Positions 52,192 to 61,397 of a DNA stretch of 64,000 bases are shown here, one piece after another. The translations under genes and the position numbers were made by a program. This stretch comes from Chloroflexota bacterium (GTDB taxonomy: Bacteria; Chloroflexota; Dehalococcoidia; SM23-28-2; RBG-16-64-32). The DNA lies in contig JADFQV010000001.1 in assembly GCA_022561635.1 (NCBI GenBank), forward strand, positions 7,917-71,916. The letters are read 5' to 3'. The notes beneath the pieces were generated by a model. That model searched no databases. It had not been told where the DNA came from and saw only the letters and a list, made by a program, of their open reading frames with translations. Positions within the stretch are counted from its first letter, which is position 1. Every line of letters starts with the position of its first letter.

Positions 52192-52803
52192 CTAGTTCTC
52201 GGCCGTCGCCTCGGGGGGCTTCTCTGGCGGCTCTTCAGCCGGTGCTTCCGGCGGTGCTTCCGCAGGCGTTTCTGTGGTGGCCTCTGCCGGTGCTTCCGCA
52301 GGCGTCTCTGGAGTGGCGTCTGCTGGTGCTTCGGCAGGTGTCTCTGTGGTGGCCTCTGGCGGTGCTTTCGCAGGCGTCTCCGGCGTGGCCTCTGCCGCTG
52401 GCTTGGTGGGCTCTTCGGTGGTTGCTTCTTTCGATGGCTGGGACGCAGTTTCAGCAGGCTTATCTGCGGGCGCCTCGATGGGCGCGTCCGGGTCGAGCTC
52501 GGGCCTGATCACGATCGGCTCGTCCATGCGCACGACGAGGTGACGCATGATGTCCTCTGCCCGGTCGAGGCTGTTTTCGATCTCCCGCACGGCCTGCGGG
52601 TCGAGCGTGAACTGCGTGATGCAGTAGTAGCCCTCGGTGATCCGGTCGATCGGATAGGCGAGGCGCCGGCGGCCCCAGCGGTCGACGTTCTTGACCTCGC
52701 CGCCGTGTTCCTTGATCAGGCCGTGAACGCGATCGACGGTGGCGGGGAAGTCTTCTTCTCCGCCTTCGGGGCTAACGACAAGTACTAGCTCGTAATCTCG
52801 CAA
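52192..52803 (-). CDS. rpsF: 30S ribosomal protein S6 with a ~100 aa repetitive acidic ([11 protein letters not shown])n C-terminal tail
   Basis: S6 core covers aa 1-100. Confidence 0.85.
   Translation of the reverse strand: MRDYELVLVVSPEGGEEDFPATVDRVHGLIKEHGGEVKNVDRWGRRRLAYPIDRITEGYYCITQFTLDPQAVREIENSLDRAEDIMRHLVVRMDEPIVIRPELDPDAPIEAPADKPAETASQPSKEATTEEPTKPAAEATPETPAKAPPEATTETPAEAPADATPETPAEAPAEATTETPAEAPPEAPAEEPPEKPPEATAEN
52195..52422 (-). repeat. ~33-nt tandem coding repeats (about x6) in the rpsF 3' region
   Basis: ggtgcttccgcaggcgtctctg... blocks are visible on the plus strand. Confidence 0.5.
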
Positions 52804-52926
52804 TGGTTCCTCTCAACGCAAAGTAAGCCCCGTGAGTCTTGGCCACAACGACCATTCCCACGGGCACCAGCGGATTATAACACCAGGCTATTGGTCGAAC
52901 AACGGGCCGCTGGCAAAGCAATGCCG

Positions 52927-54207
52927 CTAGGCTGTGACGCCCTGGCGATCGCTAATCCCGGGCACGGTGAAGGCGCCGGCGAACTCCTCGACTTCGGCGC
53001 GCAGCCTGGCCAGCGCGCCATCGTCGTCTCGCACTTCCAGCGCGCGGGCGAAGAAGCCGGCCACGGTGCGCATCTCGTCGGGACCCATGCCGCGGGTGGT
53101 GAGAGCCGGGGTGCCGATGCGCACGCCGCTGCCCTGCAGGGGCGGCCGCTCGTCATAGGGGATCGTGTTGCGGTTGACGGTGATCGCCGCCTTGTCGCAG
53201 ACCTGCTCCGCCTTGCGGCCGCTGATGCCCTTGAGGCCGACGTCCACCAGCATCAGGTGGTTGTCCGTGCCGCCGGAGACGAGCCGGAAGTCGTGGCCCT
53301 GCAGCGCTTCCGCCAGCACCCTGGCGTTCTCGACGATCTGCTCGGCGTAGCGCTTGAAATCCGGCTGCAACGCCTCACCGAAGCAGACGGCCTTGGCGGC
53401 GATGGTGTGCATGTGCGGCCCGCCCTGAACGCCCGGGAAAACGGTCTTGTCGAGCTGCTTGGCGAGCTCTTCAGTGCTGAGGATGAAGCCGCTGCGGGGC
53501 CCGCGCAAAGTCTTGTGCGAGGTCGAGGTAACGACGTGCGAATGCGGCACCGGCGACGGGTGCACGCCGCCAGCGACGAGGCCGGCGATGTGCGCCATGT
53601 CCGTGACCAGGTAGGCGCCGACGGAATCGGCGATCTCACGGGCGCGGGCGAAGTCGATGATCCGCGGGTAGGCGGTGGCGCCGACGACGATCATCTTCGG
53701 CTTGTGCTCGCGGGCCAGCGTCGCCATCTCGTCGTAATCGATGAGCTCGGATTCGCGGTCGACGCTATAGGGCACGAAGTTGTATAGCTGGCCGGAGAAG
53801 TTGATCTCGCGGCCGTGCGTCAGGTGGCCGCCCTGCGCCAGGTTCATGCCCATCGCCGTGTCGCCCGGCTCGATCAGCGAGAAGTAGGTGGCGAGGTTGG
53901 CCTCGGCGCCGCTGTGGGACTGGACGTTGACGTGCTCTGCGCCGAACAGCTCCTTCGCCCGCTCGATCGCCAGCGTCTCGGCATCGTCGACGACGTGGCA
54001 GCCGCCGTAGTAGCGCTTGCCGGGATAGCCCTCGGCGTACTTGTTCGTGAGGATGGAGCCCATCGCCTCGAGGACGGCGGCGCTCGTGTAGTTCTCGGAT
54101 GCGATCAGTTCGAGGCCGAGGCGCTGCCGGTCCTTCTCGCGCTTGATGATGTCGGCCACGGCGGGATCGCTGCGGCCGAGTGTGCTTTCTACTGAGCCGT
54201 CGGACAT
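52927..54207 (-). CDS. glyA: Serine hydroxymethyltransferase
   Basis: PLP-lysine motif [14 protein letters not shown]. Confidence 0.9.
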   Translation of the reverse strand: MSDGSVESTLGRSDPAVADIIKREKDRQRLGLELIASENYTSAAVLEAMGSILTNKYAEGYPGKRYYGGCHVVDDAETLAIERAKELFGAEHVNVQSHSGAEANLATYFSLIEPGDTAMGMNLAQGGHLTHGREINFSGQLYNFVPYSVDRESELIDYDEMATLAREHKPKMIVVGATAYPRIIDFARAREIADSVGAYLVTDMAHIAGLVAGGVHPSPVPHSHVVTSTSHKTLRGPRSGFILSTEELAKQLDKTVFPGVQGGPHMHTIAAKAVCFGEALQPDFKRYAEQIVENARVLAEALQGHDFRLVSGGTDNHLMLVDVGLKGISGRKAEQVCDKAAITVNRNTIPYDERPPLQGSGVRIGTPALTTRGMGPDEMRTVAGFFARALEVRDDDGALARLRAEVEEFAGAFTVPGISDRQGVTA

Positions 54208-54391
54208 GGGGCACCTCGCTTAAACACAAAGCAGCGCCTCCCCATGGGGAAAGACACTGCGTTTCGGGCGGTTCTACTTGTGATTGTGAACTGAGGTTTT
54301 CTCCTGCGCCTCCACCTGCGGCGGAGACAGCATCAGTTTATGTCTGGCGGCCGCACCCGTCAATTGGTCGAGGTGCTAGGATGGGGCCGCC

Positions 54392-55762
54392 ATGGAGCCG
54401 CGCATCCAGTACGCTCACGCCGCCGACGGAGTGAACGTCGCCTACTGGACATCGGGGAAAGGGATTCCCATAGTCGGCATGCCGACGATGCCGTGGAGTC
54501 ATCTCGAGTTAGAGTGGCAGATTCCCGAATTCCGCCGCTTCTATGAGCGCATCCTCCAGAACAACAGCCTGATTCGCTATGACAACAGAGGGTCCGGGTT
54601 GTCCGACCGCGACGTGACTGATTACTCGCTCGACGCTCACGTGAGCGACCTTGACGCGGTGATTGACGCGCTCGGCCTGGATCGGGTCGCTCTGCTTGCG
54701 ACCGTGAATATGGGGCCGGTAGCCATAGCCTTCGCTGCCCGCCGGCCGGAAAGAGTGTCGCACGTCATGCTCTGGTGCACCTGGGCGCGAATGTCAGACT
54801 ACTATGCCTCGCCGATAGCTCAGACACTGGCGGCGATGAGGGACAAGGACTTCGAGCTGTACACGGAGACAGTCTCGCACGCCGCGTTGGGGTGGACGGA
54901 AGGTGAGTCAGCCCTCCAATTCGCTGCCTTGATGCGAGATTGTGCAGATCAGGAAGCGGTCAACACAATGTTCGAGGCGATGGGCGACTGGGACGTGTCA
55001 GGGCTGTTGGCGCAAGTCAAGTCGCCGACGCTTGTACTTCACCGTCGCCAGGTCAACTTTCCTGGCGTGGAGACATCCAAGAGCCTCGCTTCCACAATTC
55101 CTGGCGCACGTCTATCGCTCCTGGAGGGCACTTCACTGGCGATCTTCCTCGGCGACATGGAAGCGGTGGTTAGCTCAATAGAAGAGTTCGTTGGCGAAGG
55201 TGAGGAGGCAGAAGCGGAGCCGTCGCCTGTAGGGGCAGTTCAGACGATACTGTTCACCGATGTCGAAGGCTCGACGACGCTCACCCAGCGCCTCGGCGAC
55301 GCCCGGGCCCGCGAGCTTCTGCGAGAGCACGAGCGGATTACGCGGGAGGCGCTGAAGGCCCACGGCGGGTCGGAGGTGAAGACGATGGGCGACGGCTTCA
55401 TGGCCTCGTTCGGCTCCGCCACGAAAGCCCTGGAGTGCGCCATCGCCATCCAGACCGCTTTCGCCGAGCGCAATGAATCGGCGGACGAGCCGATCAAGGT
55501 GCGCATTGGCCTGAACGCTGGCGAACCGATCGCGGAAGATGACCCAGATGGGCGCAGCGACCTGTTCGGAACCACCGTCAACCTCGCTGCGCGTATCTGC
55601 GCCCACGCCGAGGCCGGCCAGATCCTGGCGCCGATCGTGGTCCGGGAGCTGGTGGCGGGGAAGGGGTTCCTGTTCTCGGACCGGGGCGAGACGGAGATGC
55701 GCGGCTTCGAGGACCCGGTGCGGATCTATGAACTCAGGTGGGAACGGCCCAGCGCCGGCTAG
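54392..55762 (+). CDS. Alpha/beta-hydrolase domain fused to a class III adenylyl/guanylyl cyclase domain (LipJ-like)
   Basis: The N-terminal ~270 aa is an a/b-hydrolase fold. The C-terminus carries cyclase-domain motifs (ILFTDVEGSTTL, KTMGDGFMASFG, TVNLAARI). Confidence 0.75.
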   Translation: MEPRIQYAHAADGVNVAYWTSGKGIPIVGMPTMPWSHLELEWQIPEFRRFYERILQNNSLIRYDNRGSGLSDRDVTDYSLDAHVSDLDAVIDALGLDRVALLATVNMGPVAIAFAARRPERVSHVMLWCTWARMSDYYASPIAQTLAAMRDKDFELYTETVSHAALGWTEGESALQFAALMRDCADQEAVNTMFEAMGDWDVSGLLAQVKSPTLVLHRRQVNFPGVETSKSLASTIPGARLSLLEGTSLAIFLGDMEAVVSSIEEFVGEGEEAEAEPSPVGAVQTILFTDVEGSTTLTQRLGDARARELLREHERITREALKAHGGSEVKTMGDGFMASFGSATKALECAIAIQTAFAERNESADEPIKVRIGLNAGEPIAEDDPDGRSDLFGTTVNLAARICAHAEAGQILAPIVVRELVAGKGFLFSDRGETEMRGFEDPVRIYELRWERPSAG

Positions 55763-56859
55763 GCTTCTTGCTCGCCCAGCGCCCAGGCGTGCTCGTTGAG
55801 CGCCATCAGGCCGCCGGACATCAGCGAGTGGCCACCCAGAAGCACCGGGATCGTCGCCGACAGCGCCGAGCGGGTGAAGTCGCGGAGGAACGGCTCCGAG
55901 ATCGCGTCCGCCTCTCCCAGGTCGGAGAGAAAGCGGTCCTCGCGGCTGGCGGCGATGCGTTTGTGCGCGAGCAGCACGCGCGTGTCGATGAACGCGGCGT
56001 CGCCGAGTTCGCTCAGCGCCTCGAAGAAGCGCTCAAGGCCGACCGCTTCCAGGAAAAAACCGAGCAGCGAGCGCGCGGAGCCGGCCTCCGCGCGGCCGTC
56101 GGCCACCATGCCGCGCTCTTCGGCGAACAGACGCACGCGGCAGGCCGTTTCGCGCTCCAGATAGGCCCAGGAGTGGCTGCCGACGCGCCCGGCGACGACG
56201 ATCTGCGACGCCCGGTTCGTGAACAGCGGCAACGTTCGCTCGTAGAGGGCCGTGCCCGGCGCGAGGCCGACGATATGCTTCCGCAGCCGCGGCCCCCCTT
56301 CGCCAGTCAGCGCGAGGATCCGCAGATCGCTCGGCGAATCGATGTCCATCTGGGTAGCCACGGTGCGGGGCAGCTCTTCCACCGGCAAGCCGGACTCGTC
56401 GAAGGCCCGGGCGAGCGCGTTGTCACGCTCGACGCGCCCGACGACGGCGAGAGCCCGTTCGTTGGCCGGAAAGGCGATGAGGTCGGACGAGAAGCTGTTG
56501 TTCGTAACGATGACGCCGCCTGCGAGCCGAGATGCGACTTCGCGAAAGTCGTCCGCGGCGAACAGCGGCACGCTGCCCGCTCCGGCGTAGATGACGGAGT
56601 CGAGTTGGCGGCGCCGCGCGACCGCCGCGAGGCGCCGTCCGAAGTGAAACGGCGCGTTCGAGAAGTCGACTTCCAGGCCCGGCAAGTCGCTGGTCAGATC
56701 AGGCTGGTCGGTGACGAGGATGGTGCGCTCTACGCCGCCTTCGCGCGCGGCCTCGACGGCGTCTAGGGCGGCGGCGAGTCGGGCGTCGTCGACCGTTCGC
56801 TCTGCGTCCGAATCGCCCCTGCCACCGTAAAAGACGAGGAGCGCCGGCGGCTCCGGCAT
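55759..56859 (-). CDS. Hypothetical protein (366 aa) with no recognisable motif
   Basis: Long ORF with genome-typical codon usage. Starts 5 nt after the pfkB stop. Confidence 0.5.
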   Translation of the reverse strand: MPEPPALLVFYGGRGDSDAERTVDDARLAAALDAVEAAREGGVERTILVTDQPDLTSDLPGLEVDFSNAPFHFGRRLAAVARRRQLDSVIYAGAGSVPLFAADDFREVASRLAGGVIVTNNSFSSDLIAFPANERALAVVGRVERDNALARAFDESGLPVEELPRTVATQMDIDSPSDLRILALTGEGGPRLRKHIVGLAPGTALYERTLPLFTNRASQIVVAGRVGSHSWAYLERETACRVRLFAEERGMVADGRAEAGSARSLLGFFLEAVGLERFFEALSELGDAAFIDTRVLLAHKRIAASREDRFLSDLGEADAISEPFLRDFTRSALSATIPVLLGGHSLMSGGLMALNEHAWALGEQEA

Positions 56860-56863
56860 CGGG

Positions 56864-57817
56864 TCAGTTGCGGCTGCCGACCGCGTCCGCGATCGGCTCG
56901 ACGCGGACGCGGGGGTAGAGGATGTCGACCTCGCGGCGGTGGCAGAGCTCGGTGCCGGGCGTCAGCACGGCGGCCGTGCCGGCGGCGATGCCCAGGCGCA
57001 GCGCGTCCTCCATCGGATCGCCGCGGCTGAGCGTGAGGACGATGCCGGCAGTGAAAGCGTCGCCGGAGCCGACCGCACTGACAGCGCGAACCCGGGGCGC
57101 GACGCCGCGCCAGATGTTGCCGCGCGAGACCGCGATGGCGCCGTGGCGGCCGCGTGTAGCGAGCACCGTGGGGACGCCCCTTTCGTTCACCTCACAAGCA
57201 GCGCCGAGAGTCGAGTCCTCATCGTCCAGCGGCCGGCCGACCAGGCGCTCGAACTCTCGCCGGTTGCCCTTGACGATTTCCGGGTGCGCCGCAGCACCCT
57301 CGGCCAGAGGACCGCGGTCGGCGTCGAGCACGGTGTGTACGCCCACGGCGCTGGCCTCCTGAATGATCTCGTTGTAGCAGTGGTTGGAGAGAGGCGGCGG
57401 AATGCTGCCGGCCAGCACCAGCCAATCGCCGGGCCGCAACCGCGAGCGAAGGCGAGCGCGCAGCTCATCGACGGCCGCGGGGTCCGTATTCGGGCCGGGC
57501 GCGCTGAGAATCGTCGTCCCGTGACGCGCCTCGTCGAGGATCGCGATATTCGTGCGCGTCTCACCCTCCGTGTGCACGAAGTCCGTCTCGATGCCGGCCT
57601 TCTCCAGTTCCTGCTCGATGTAGCGGCCGAGGCCACCGGGCGCGAAGCCCATCGCGATGCTCTCGCCGCCCAGCTCCCTGATGACGCGCGAGACGTTGAT
57701 CCCCTTGCCGCCCGGGTCGATGCGGCTGGACCTGACGCGCAAGGTATCCCCCGCTACGAACTTCTGCAGCACGAGGGTCTGGTCGACGGCCGGGTTCATG
57801 GTGACGGTGAGGATCAT
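56864..57817 (-). CDS. PfkB-family carbohydrate kinase (1-phosphofructokinase / tagatose-6-P kinase-like)
   Basis: N-terminal MILTVTMNPAVDQT, GG dipeptide (DPGGKGIN) and C-terminal DAVGSGDAF anion hole. Confidence 0.8.
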   Translation of the reverse strand: MILTVTMNPAVDQTLVLQKFVAGDTLRVRSSRIDPGGKGINVSRVIRELGGESIAMGFAPGGLGRYIEQELEKAGIETDFVHTEGETRTNIAILDEARHGTTILSAPGPNTDPAAVDELRARLRSRLRPGDWLVLAGSIPPPLSNHCYNEIIQEASAVGVHTVLDADRGPLAEGAAAHPEIVKGNRREFERLVGRPLDDEDSTLGAACEVNERGVPTVLATRGRHGAIAVSRGNIWRGVAPRVRAVSAVGSGDAFTAGIVLTLSRGDPMEDALRLGIAAGTAAVLTPGTELCHRREVDILYPRVRVEPIADAVGSRN

Positions 57818-58398
57818 GCCGGTTCCAGGTTTTCCTCCAGGATCAGGCCGCAGTCGCCATCGGCGCGCTGGTAGACCAACGCCAGCTGCTCGCGGTCGGC
57901 GTCGCGGAAGAGGAAGAACGTGTGACCCAGCATCTCCATCTGCTCGATCGCCTCGGCCTCCGTCATCGGCTTCATCGCAAAGTGCTTGATGCGCACGACG
58001 CGGCCGGCGACGATCTCGGCATCGGGCGGCAGCCGTTCGTCTTCGGCCTCGGGCGAGCCAGTGTCGGGCAGGCGATCTTCCTTGCTCACGCGGCGCTCGC
58101 TGCGCAGGAGCTTGCGTTCCTTGAACCGCTTGGCCTGGCGGTCTAGCACGTGGGCGACGGCGTCGACGGCGGCCTCCATATCATGGTTACGCTCTTCGGC
58201 GCGGAGGTAGGTGCCGTTGGCGTCGATCGTCACCTGCACGACGAAACGTCCCTCGCCGCTCTTGGCCTCGCGACGGACGTCCACGATGGCGTGTTCCGCC
58301 GTCGGCAAGTGCCGCTCGATGCGCGCCAGGTGGTCGGCCGCGTACTTGCGGAAGCGATCGCTGATCGTCAGGTGTTGTCCGCGGAAGATGACGTCCAT
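57814..58398 (-). CDS. hpf: Ribosome hibernation-promoting factor, long form (RaiA/HPF with C-terminal dimerisation domain)
   Basis: ATG 58398 follows GAAGGAG. S30AE N-domain and C-terminal HFAMKPMTEAEAIEQMEMLGHTFFLF. Confidence 0.85.
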   Translation of the reverse strand: MDVIFRGQHLTISDRFRKYAADHLARIERHLPTAEHAIVDVRREAKSGEGRFVVQVTIDANGTYLRAEERNHDMEAAVDAVAHVLDRQAKRFKERKLLRSERRVSKEDRLPDTGSPEAEDERLPPDAEIVAGRVVRIKHFAMKPMTEAEAIEQMEMLGHTFFLFRDADREQLALVYQRADGDCGLILEENLEPA

Positions 58399-58457
58399 CC
58401 AGACTCCTTCGCTATTACCTTTCTGCGATCGATTGTATGCCGCTTGCGAATCCCGCC

Positions 58458-59195
58458 TCAACCGCTGTTCGGCAGCGCCTTTCGGCTCTCTCGCGCAAAC
58501 GTGAGACCGTAGACTCGGTCCGCGCCCTCGCTCTTGAGGACGCGAGCGCAAGCGTCGAGTGTTGCGCCGGTCGTCAACACGTCGTCGACGAGCAGGACGC
58601 CGCCGCCGACCGGCTCGCGCCCGGCCGCGAAGGCGTCCCCGACGTTGGCCCGCCGCGCCGCCTCGTCCGGCTGCTCCACTTGAGACGGACCCGGCCGGCG
58701 CACCAAGGCCCGCCCGGCAACCCGGATGCCGGTGAAGCGACCGATCTCCCGCGCCAGGAGGTCTGACTGGTTGTAGCCCCGCCGGCGCTGGCGAGAACCG
58801 GCCATCGGCACCGGCACGATCGTTGAAACGTCCGGCGCCCAGCGCAGCAGCAGGCCCGCCATCTCTTCACCCATCAGTGGCGCGACGGCGGAGACGCCGC
58901 TGTACTTGAGGGCGTGGATCAGGTCGCGCGCCGGGCCGCCGAAGGCGTAGACGGAACGGACGGCGGTGAAAGCTGGTTGCTGGCGACGACATTGCTGGCA
59001 GCGGCGATCGGCGATCGGCTGCCAGCAGACGCCGCAGCGCGGATGCTCGGCCCTCACCATCTGCGCCAGGCAATCGTGGCAGACGAAGCGGCCGAAAGAG
59101 CGGCAGGAGACACAGCGCGGCGGAAAGACCGCGTCGACTGCGTGTGACCAGAGGCGGGAGGCAAGCGTCCGCTGACGGACGAGCGCCGGGGTCAC
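58458..59195 (-). CDS. ComF-family protein (N-terminal 4-Cys zinc finger plus phosphoribosyltransferase domain)
   Basis: CVSCRSF...CHDC finger and PRT motif VLLVDDVLTTGATL. Confidence 0.75.
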   Translation of the reverse strand: MTPALVRQRTLASRLWSHAVDAVFPPRCVSCRSFGRFVCHDCLAQMVRAEHPRCGVCWQPIADRRCQQCRRQQPAFTAVRSVYAFGGPARDLIHALKYSGVSAVAPLMGEEMAGLLLRWAPDVSTIVPVPMAGSRQRRRGYNQSDLLAREIGRFTGIRVAGRALVRRPGPSQVEQPDEAARRANVGDAFAAGREPVGGGVLLVDDVLTTGATLDACARVLKSEGADRVYGLTFARESRKALPNSG

Positions 59196-60511
59196 TTCGC
59201 CTCTTCCCGCTCCCGGGTAAGGCCGTCGATGAAGTCCATGATCACGTTGCGCACCATGCCGCGGTCCGACATCCCCACGACCGAGCCGTAGACGCCGGCG
59301 CCTGTGGACTTGCCGCCCTTTTCGCGCACGTCGGCAACGGCCTCACGCAGCGTCGTTAGAAACTCGTCAACGATGGCCGCGTGGGCGGGCGTGACCATGA
59401 AGTGCAAGCTCGGCGGCAGCTGCTGACGGTCCGGGAACCAGCCGCGCGCGCCCAGCGCCTCGGAAAGCACGTAGATGTCGAACTCGTCGGAGCCGACGGC
59501 GAAGAGGCTGACGTCTGGCTCGCCGAGGATCTTGAGGCCGGGCGTCGCGCGGATGCCGTCCTGCAAACCCTTCGTCGCGCCGACGATCTTCTCGGCCAGC
59601 CGCAGGTATCCGGCCTCGCCGAGGTAGTTCATGCAGGCCCAGGCCGCCGCGATCGCACCGCCGGGGCGGCTGCCGGTCATCGTCGGCGAGCCGTAGAGGC
59701 CGCCGGGCCAGTCCGTCACGGCGAAGAACTGGTAGCGCCGGTAGGCCGGATCGCGATACATGATCGTTGAAGCGCCGCGGGCTGCGTAGCCGTATTTGTG
59801 GCAGTCCGCTGAGATGGAGCTGACGCCCGGCACGCGGAAGTCCCACGGCCGCACCTCGTGGCCCAATCGCTCCCAGAAGGGGAGCAGAAAGCCGCCGACA
59901 CAGGCGTCAACGTGGCAGGGAATATCGCGCTCGGAGGCAGCGGCGGCGATCTCCGGGATGGGGTCGATCGTGCCGAACGGGAAGTTGGGCGCCGAGCCGA
60001 CCATGAGGACTGTGTTCGGGGTGATCGCCTCTTGCATCGCCGAGACGTCGACGCGCAGGTCGTCACCCAGCGGGGCGTGGATGGCCTTGACGCCGAGGTA
60101 CTGCGCCGACTTGTCGAACGCCGGGTGGGCGCTGACCGGCAGCACCATCTCCGGCTCGCTGATCCCCTTCTCCTCGCGCGCCCGGTCGCGGGCCGTTTTG
60201 ACGGCCATCAGGATGCTCTCCGTGCCGCCGGACGTCATGTTGCCGATAGCCTCGGGCTCACCGAGCAGACTCGCGGTCATGGCCACGACCTCGGACTCGA
60301 ACTTCTTGAGGCTCTTGAAGGCGTCGGGGCCGAGGCCGTTCGTGAAGATCGCCTTGCTGTAGGCGTCGCGGAGGACCGCCGCCACGTCGTCGCCGGCGTA
60401 GTAGACGAGGCTCCAGATGCGGCCGCCCATCCAGTCGGCATCCTTCGTTAGAGCGTCGTCGAGTTCGGCGTTGACCTGATCACGGGATTTTCCGTCGGGG
60501 GGAAGGTTCAT
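59192..60511 (-). CDS. Group II PLP-dependent decarboxylase/lyase, sphingosine-1-phosphate-lyase-like
   Basis: PLP-lysine motif ISADCHKYGYA. ATG 60511 follows AGGAGG. The ORF-track upstream 76 aa is spurious. Confidence 0.75.
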   Translation of the reverse strand: MNLPPDGKSRDQVNAELDDALTKDADWMGGRIWSLVYYAGDDVAAVLRDAYSKAIFTNGLGPDAFKSLKKFESEVVAMTASLLGEPEAIGNMTSGGTESILMAVKTARDRAREEKGISEPEMVLPVSAHPAFDKSAQYLGVKAIHAPLGDDLRVDVSAMQEAITPNTVLMVGSAPNFPFGTIDPIPEIAAAASERDIPCHVDACVGGFLLPFWERLGHEVRPWDFRVPGVSSISADCHKYGYAARGASTIMYRDPAYRRYQFFAVTDWPGGLYGSPTMTGSRPGGAIAAAWACMNYLGEAGYLRLAEKIVGATKGLQDGIRATPGLKILGEPDVSLFAVGSDEFDIYVLSEALGARGWFPDRQQLPPSLHFMVTPAHAAIVDEFLTTLREAVADVREKGGKSTGAGVYGSVVGMSDRGMVRNVIMDFIDGLTREREEAK

Positions 60512-60609
60512 CGGGTGCCTCCTGGGCGAAGATAGCGCCATCCTAGCAGGGAACGCGGGAACTTTAAACATGGAAGAAGGCCCCGCACCGCAATAGACTG
60601 GGGGAGCAT

Positions 60610-60870
60610 ATGAGTACTGCGAACGTACGCCTGTTCGCGCGGCTGGCGGACCTCGCCGGGACGCGAGAGGCGGAGGTAGAGCTGGGCGAGGGGCTGACGG
60701 CGTCCGGCGTCTTCGACATCTTAGTGCAGCGCTACCCATCGCTCACAGGCTTCGAGACGATCGTGCGGTTCGCCGTCAACTCGGAGTACGTCCCGGCGTC
60801 GCACCCGGTGCGCCCCGGCGACGAAGTGGCGCTGATCCCGCCGGTCAGCGGGGGCTCTCGTGCTCTTTGA
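60610..60870 (+). CDS. moaD: MoaD/ThiS-family sulfur-carrier protein, with 4 residues (SRAL) after the Gly-Gly
   Basis: Beta-grasp size. ...IPPVSGG-SRAL*. Confidence 0.7.
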   Translation: MSTANVRLFARLADLAGTREAEVELGEGLTASGVFDILVQRYPSLTGFETIVRFAVNSEYVPASHPVRPGDEVALIPPVSGGSRAL

Positions 60871-61288
60871 AGTGACGGCTGATGAGCTCGATCCCGGGCG
60901 CGTCGTCGAGCATGTGCGTCGGGACGATGCCGGAGCGATCGCTCTCTTCTACGGAGTTGTGCGAGACCACAACCGCGGCCGCAAGGTGATGCACCTGGAG
61001 TACGATGCCTACCCGGAGATGGCGACGAAGGTGATGCAGCGCATTGCGGACGAGGTCAAAGAGCGCTTCAATATCGCCGAGACGGCGATCCAGCACCGCA
61101 CCGGCCGCCTGGAGGTCGGCGAGACGTCGCTCCTCGTGGCCGTCTCGTCGGCGCACCGCAAGGAGGCTTTCGAGGCCTGCCACGCGCTGGTCGACCGCCT
61201 CAAGGAAGAGGTGCCGATCTGGAAAAAGGAGGTCTTCGAGGGCGGCGAAGAGTGGATCGAGGGCGATGCTTCAGCGCCCGGCACCTAG
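60860..61288 (+). CDS. moaE: Molybdopterin synthase catalytic subunit
   Basis: MoaE family (HRTGRLEVGETSLLVAVSSAHR). GTG start overlaps the moaD 3' end by 11 nt. Confidence 0.8.
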   Translation: MLFEVTADELDPGRVVEHVRRDDAGAIALFYGVVRDHNRGRKVMHLEYDAYPEMATKVMQRIADEVKERFNIAETAIQHRTGRLEVGETSLLVAVSSAHRKEAFEACHALVDRLKEEVPIWKKEVFEGGEEWIEGDASAPGT

Positions 61289-61397
61289 TGCTGGCAAGAA
61301 ATCTGAGCATCTGCTAGAATAAGCCCGCCCAGAGCCTTGAAACGACGGCTCTTTCGGCGGGACCGTTGGACACCCAGCTCGGGAGAGGAATCCGATT

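Noticed and set aside
54208-54391. Possible ZTP (pfl) riboswitch upstream of glyA
   Set aside because: glyA is a classic ZTP target and the leader has a CCCCATGGGG hairpin. I could not find the conserved GGGUCGUGAC / CCGGGCGCAC-type core in either strand. An RF01750 scan would settle it.
61320-61380. Nested GC stem (cccgcc[agagcc...ggctct]ggcggg) between moaE and the P450 gene
   Set aside because: Consistent with an ordinary U-tract-less terminator or attenuator in a high-GC genome. There is no evidence for a specific regulatory RNA.
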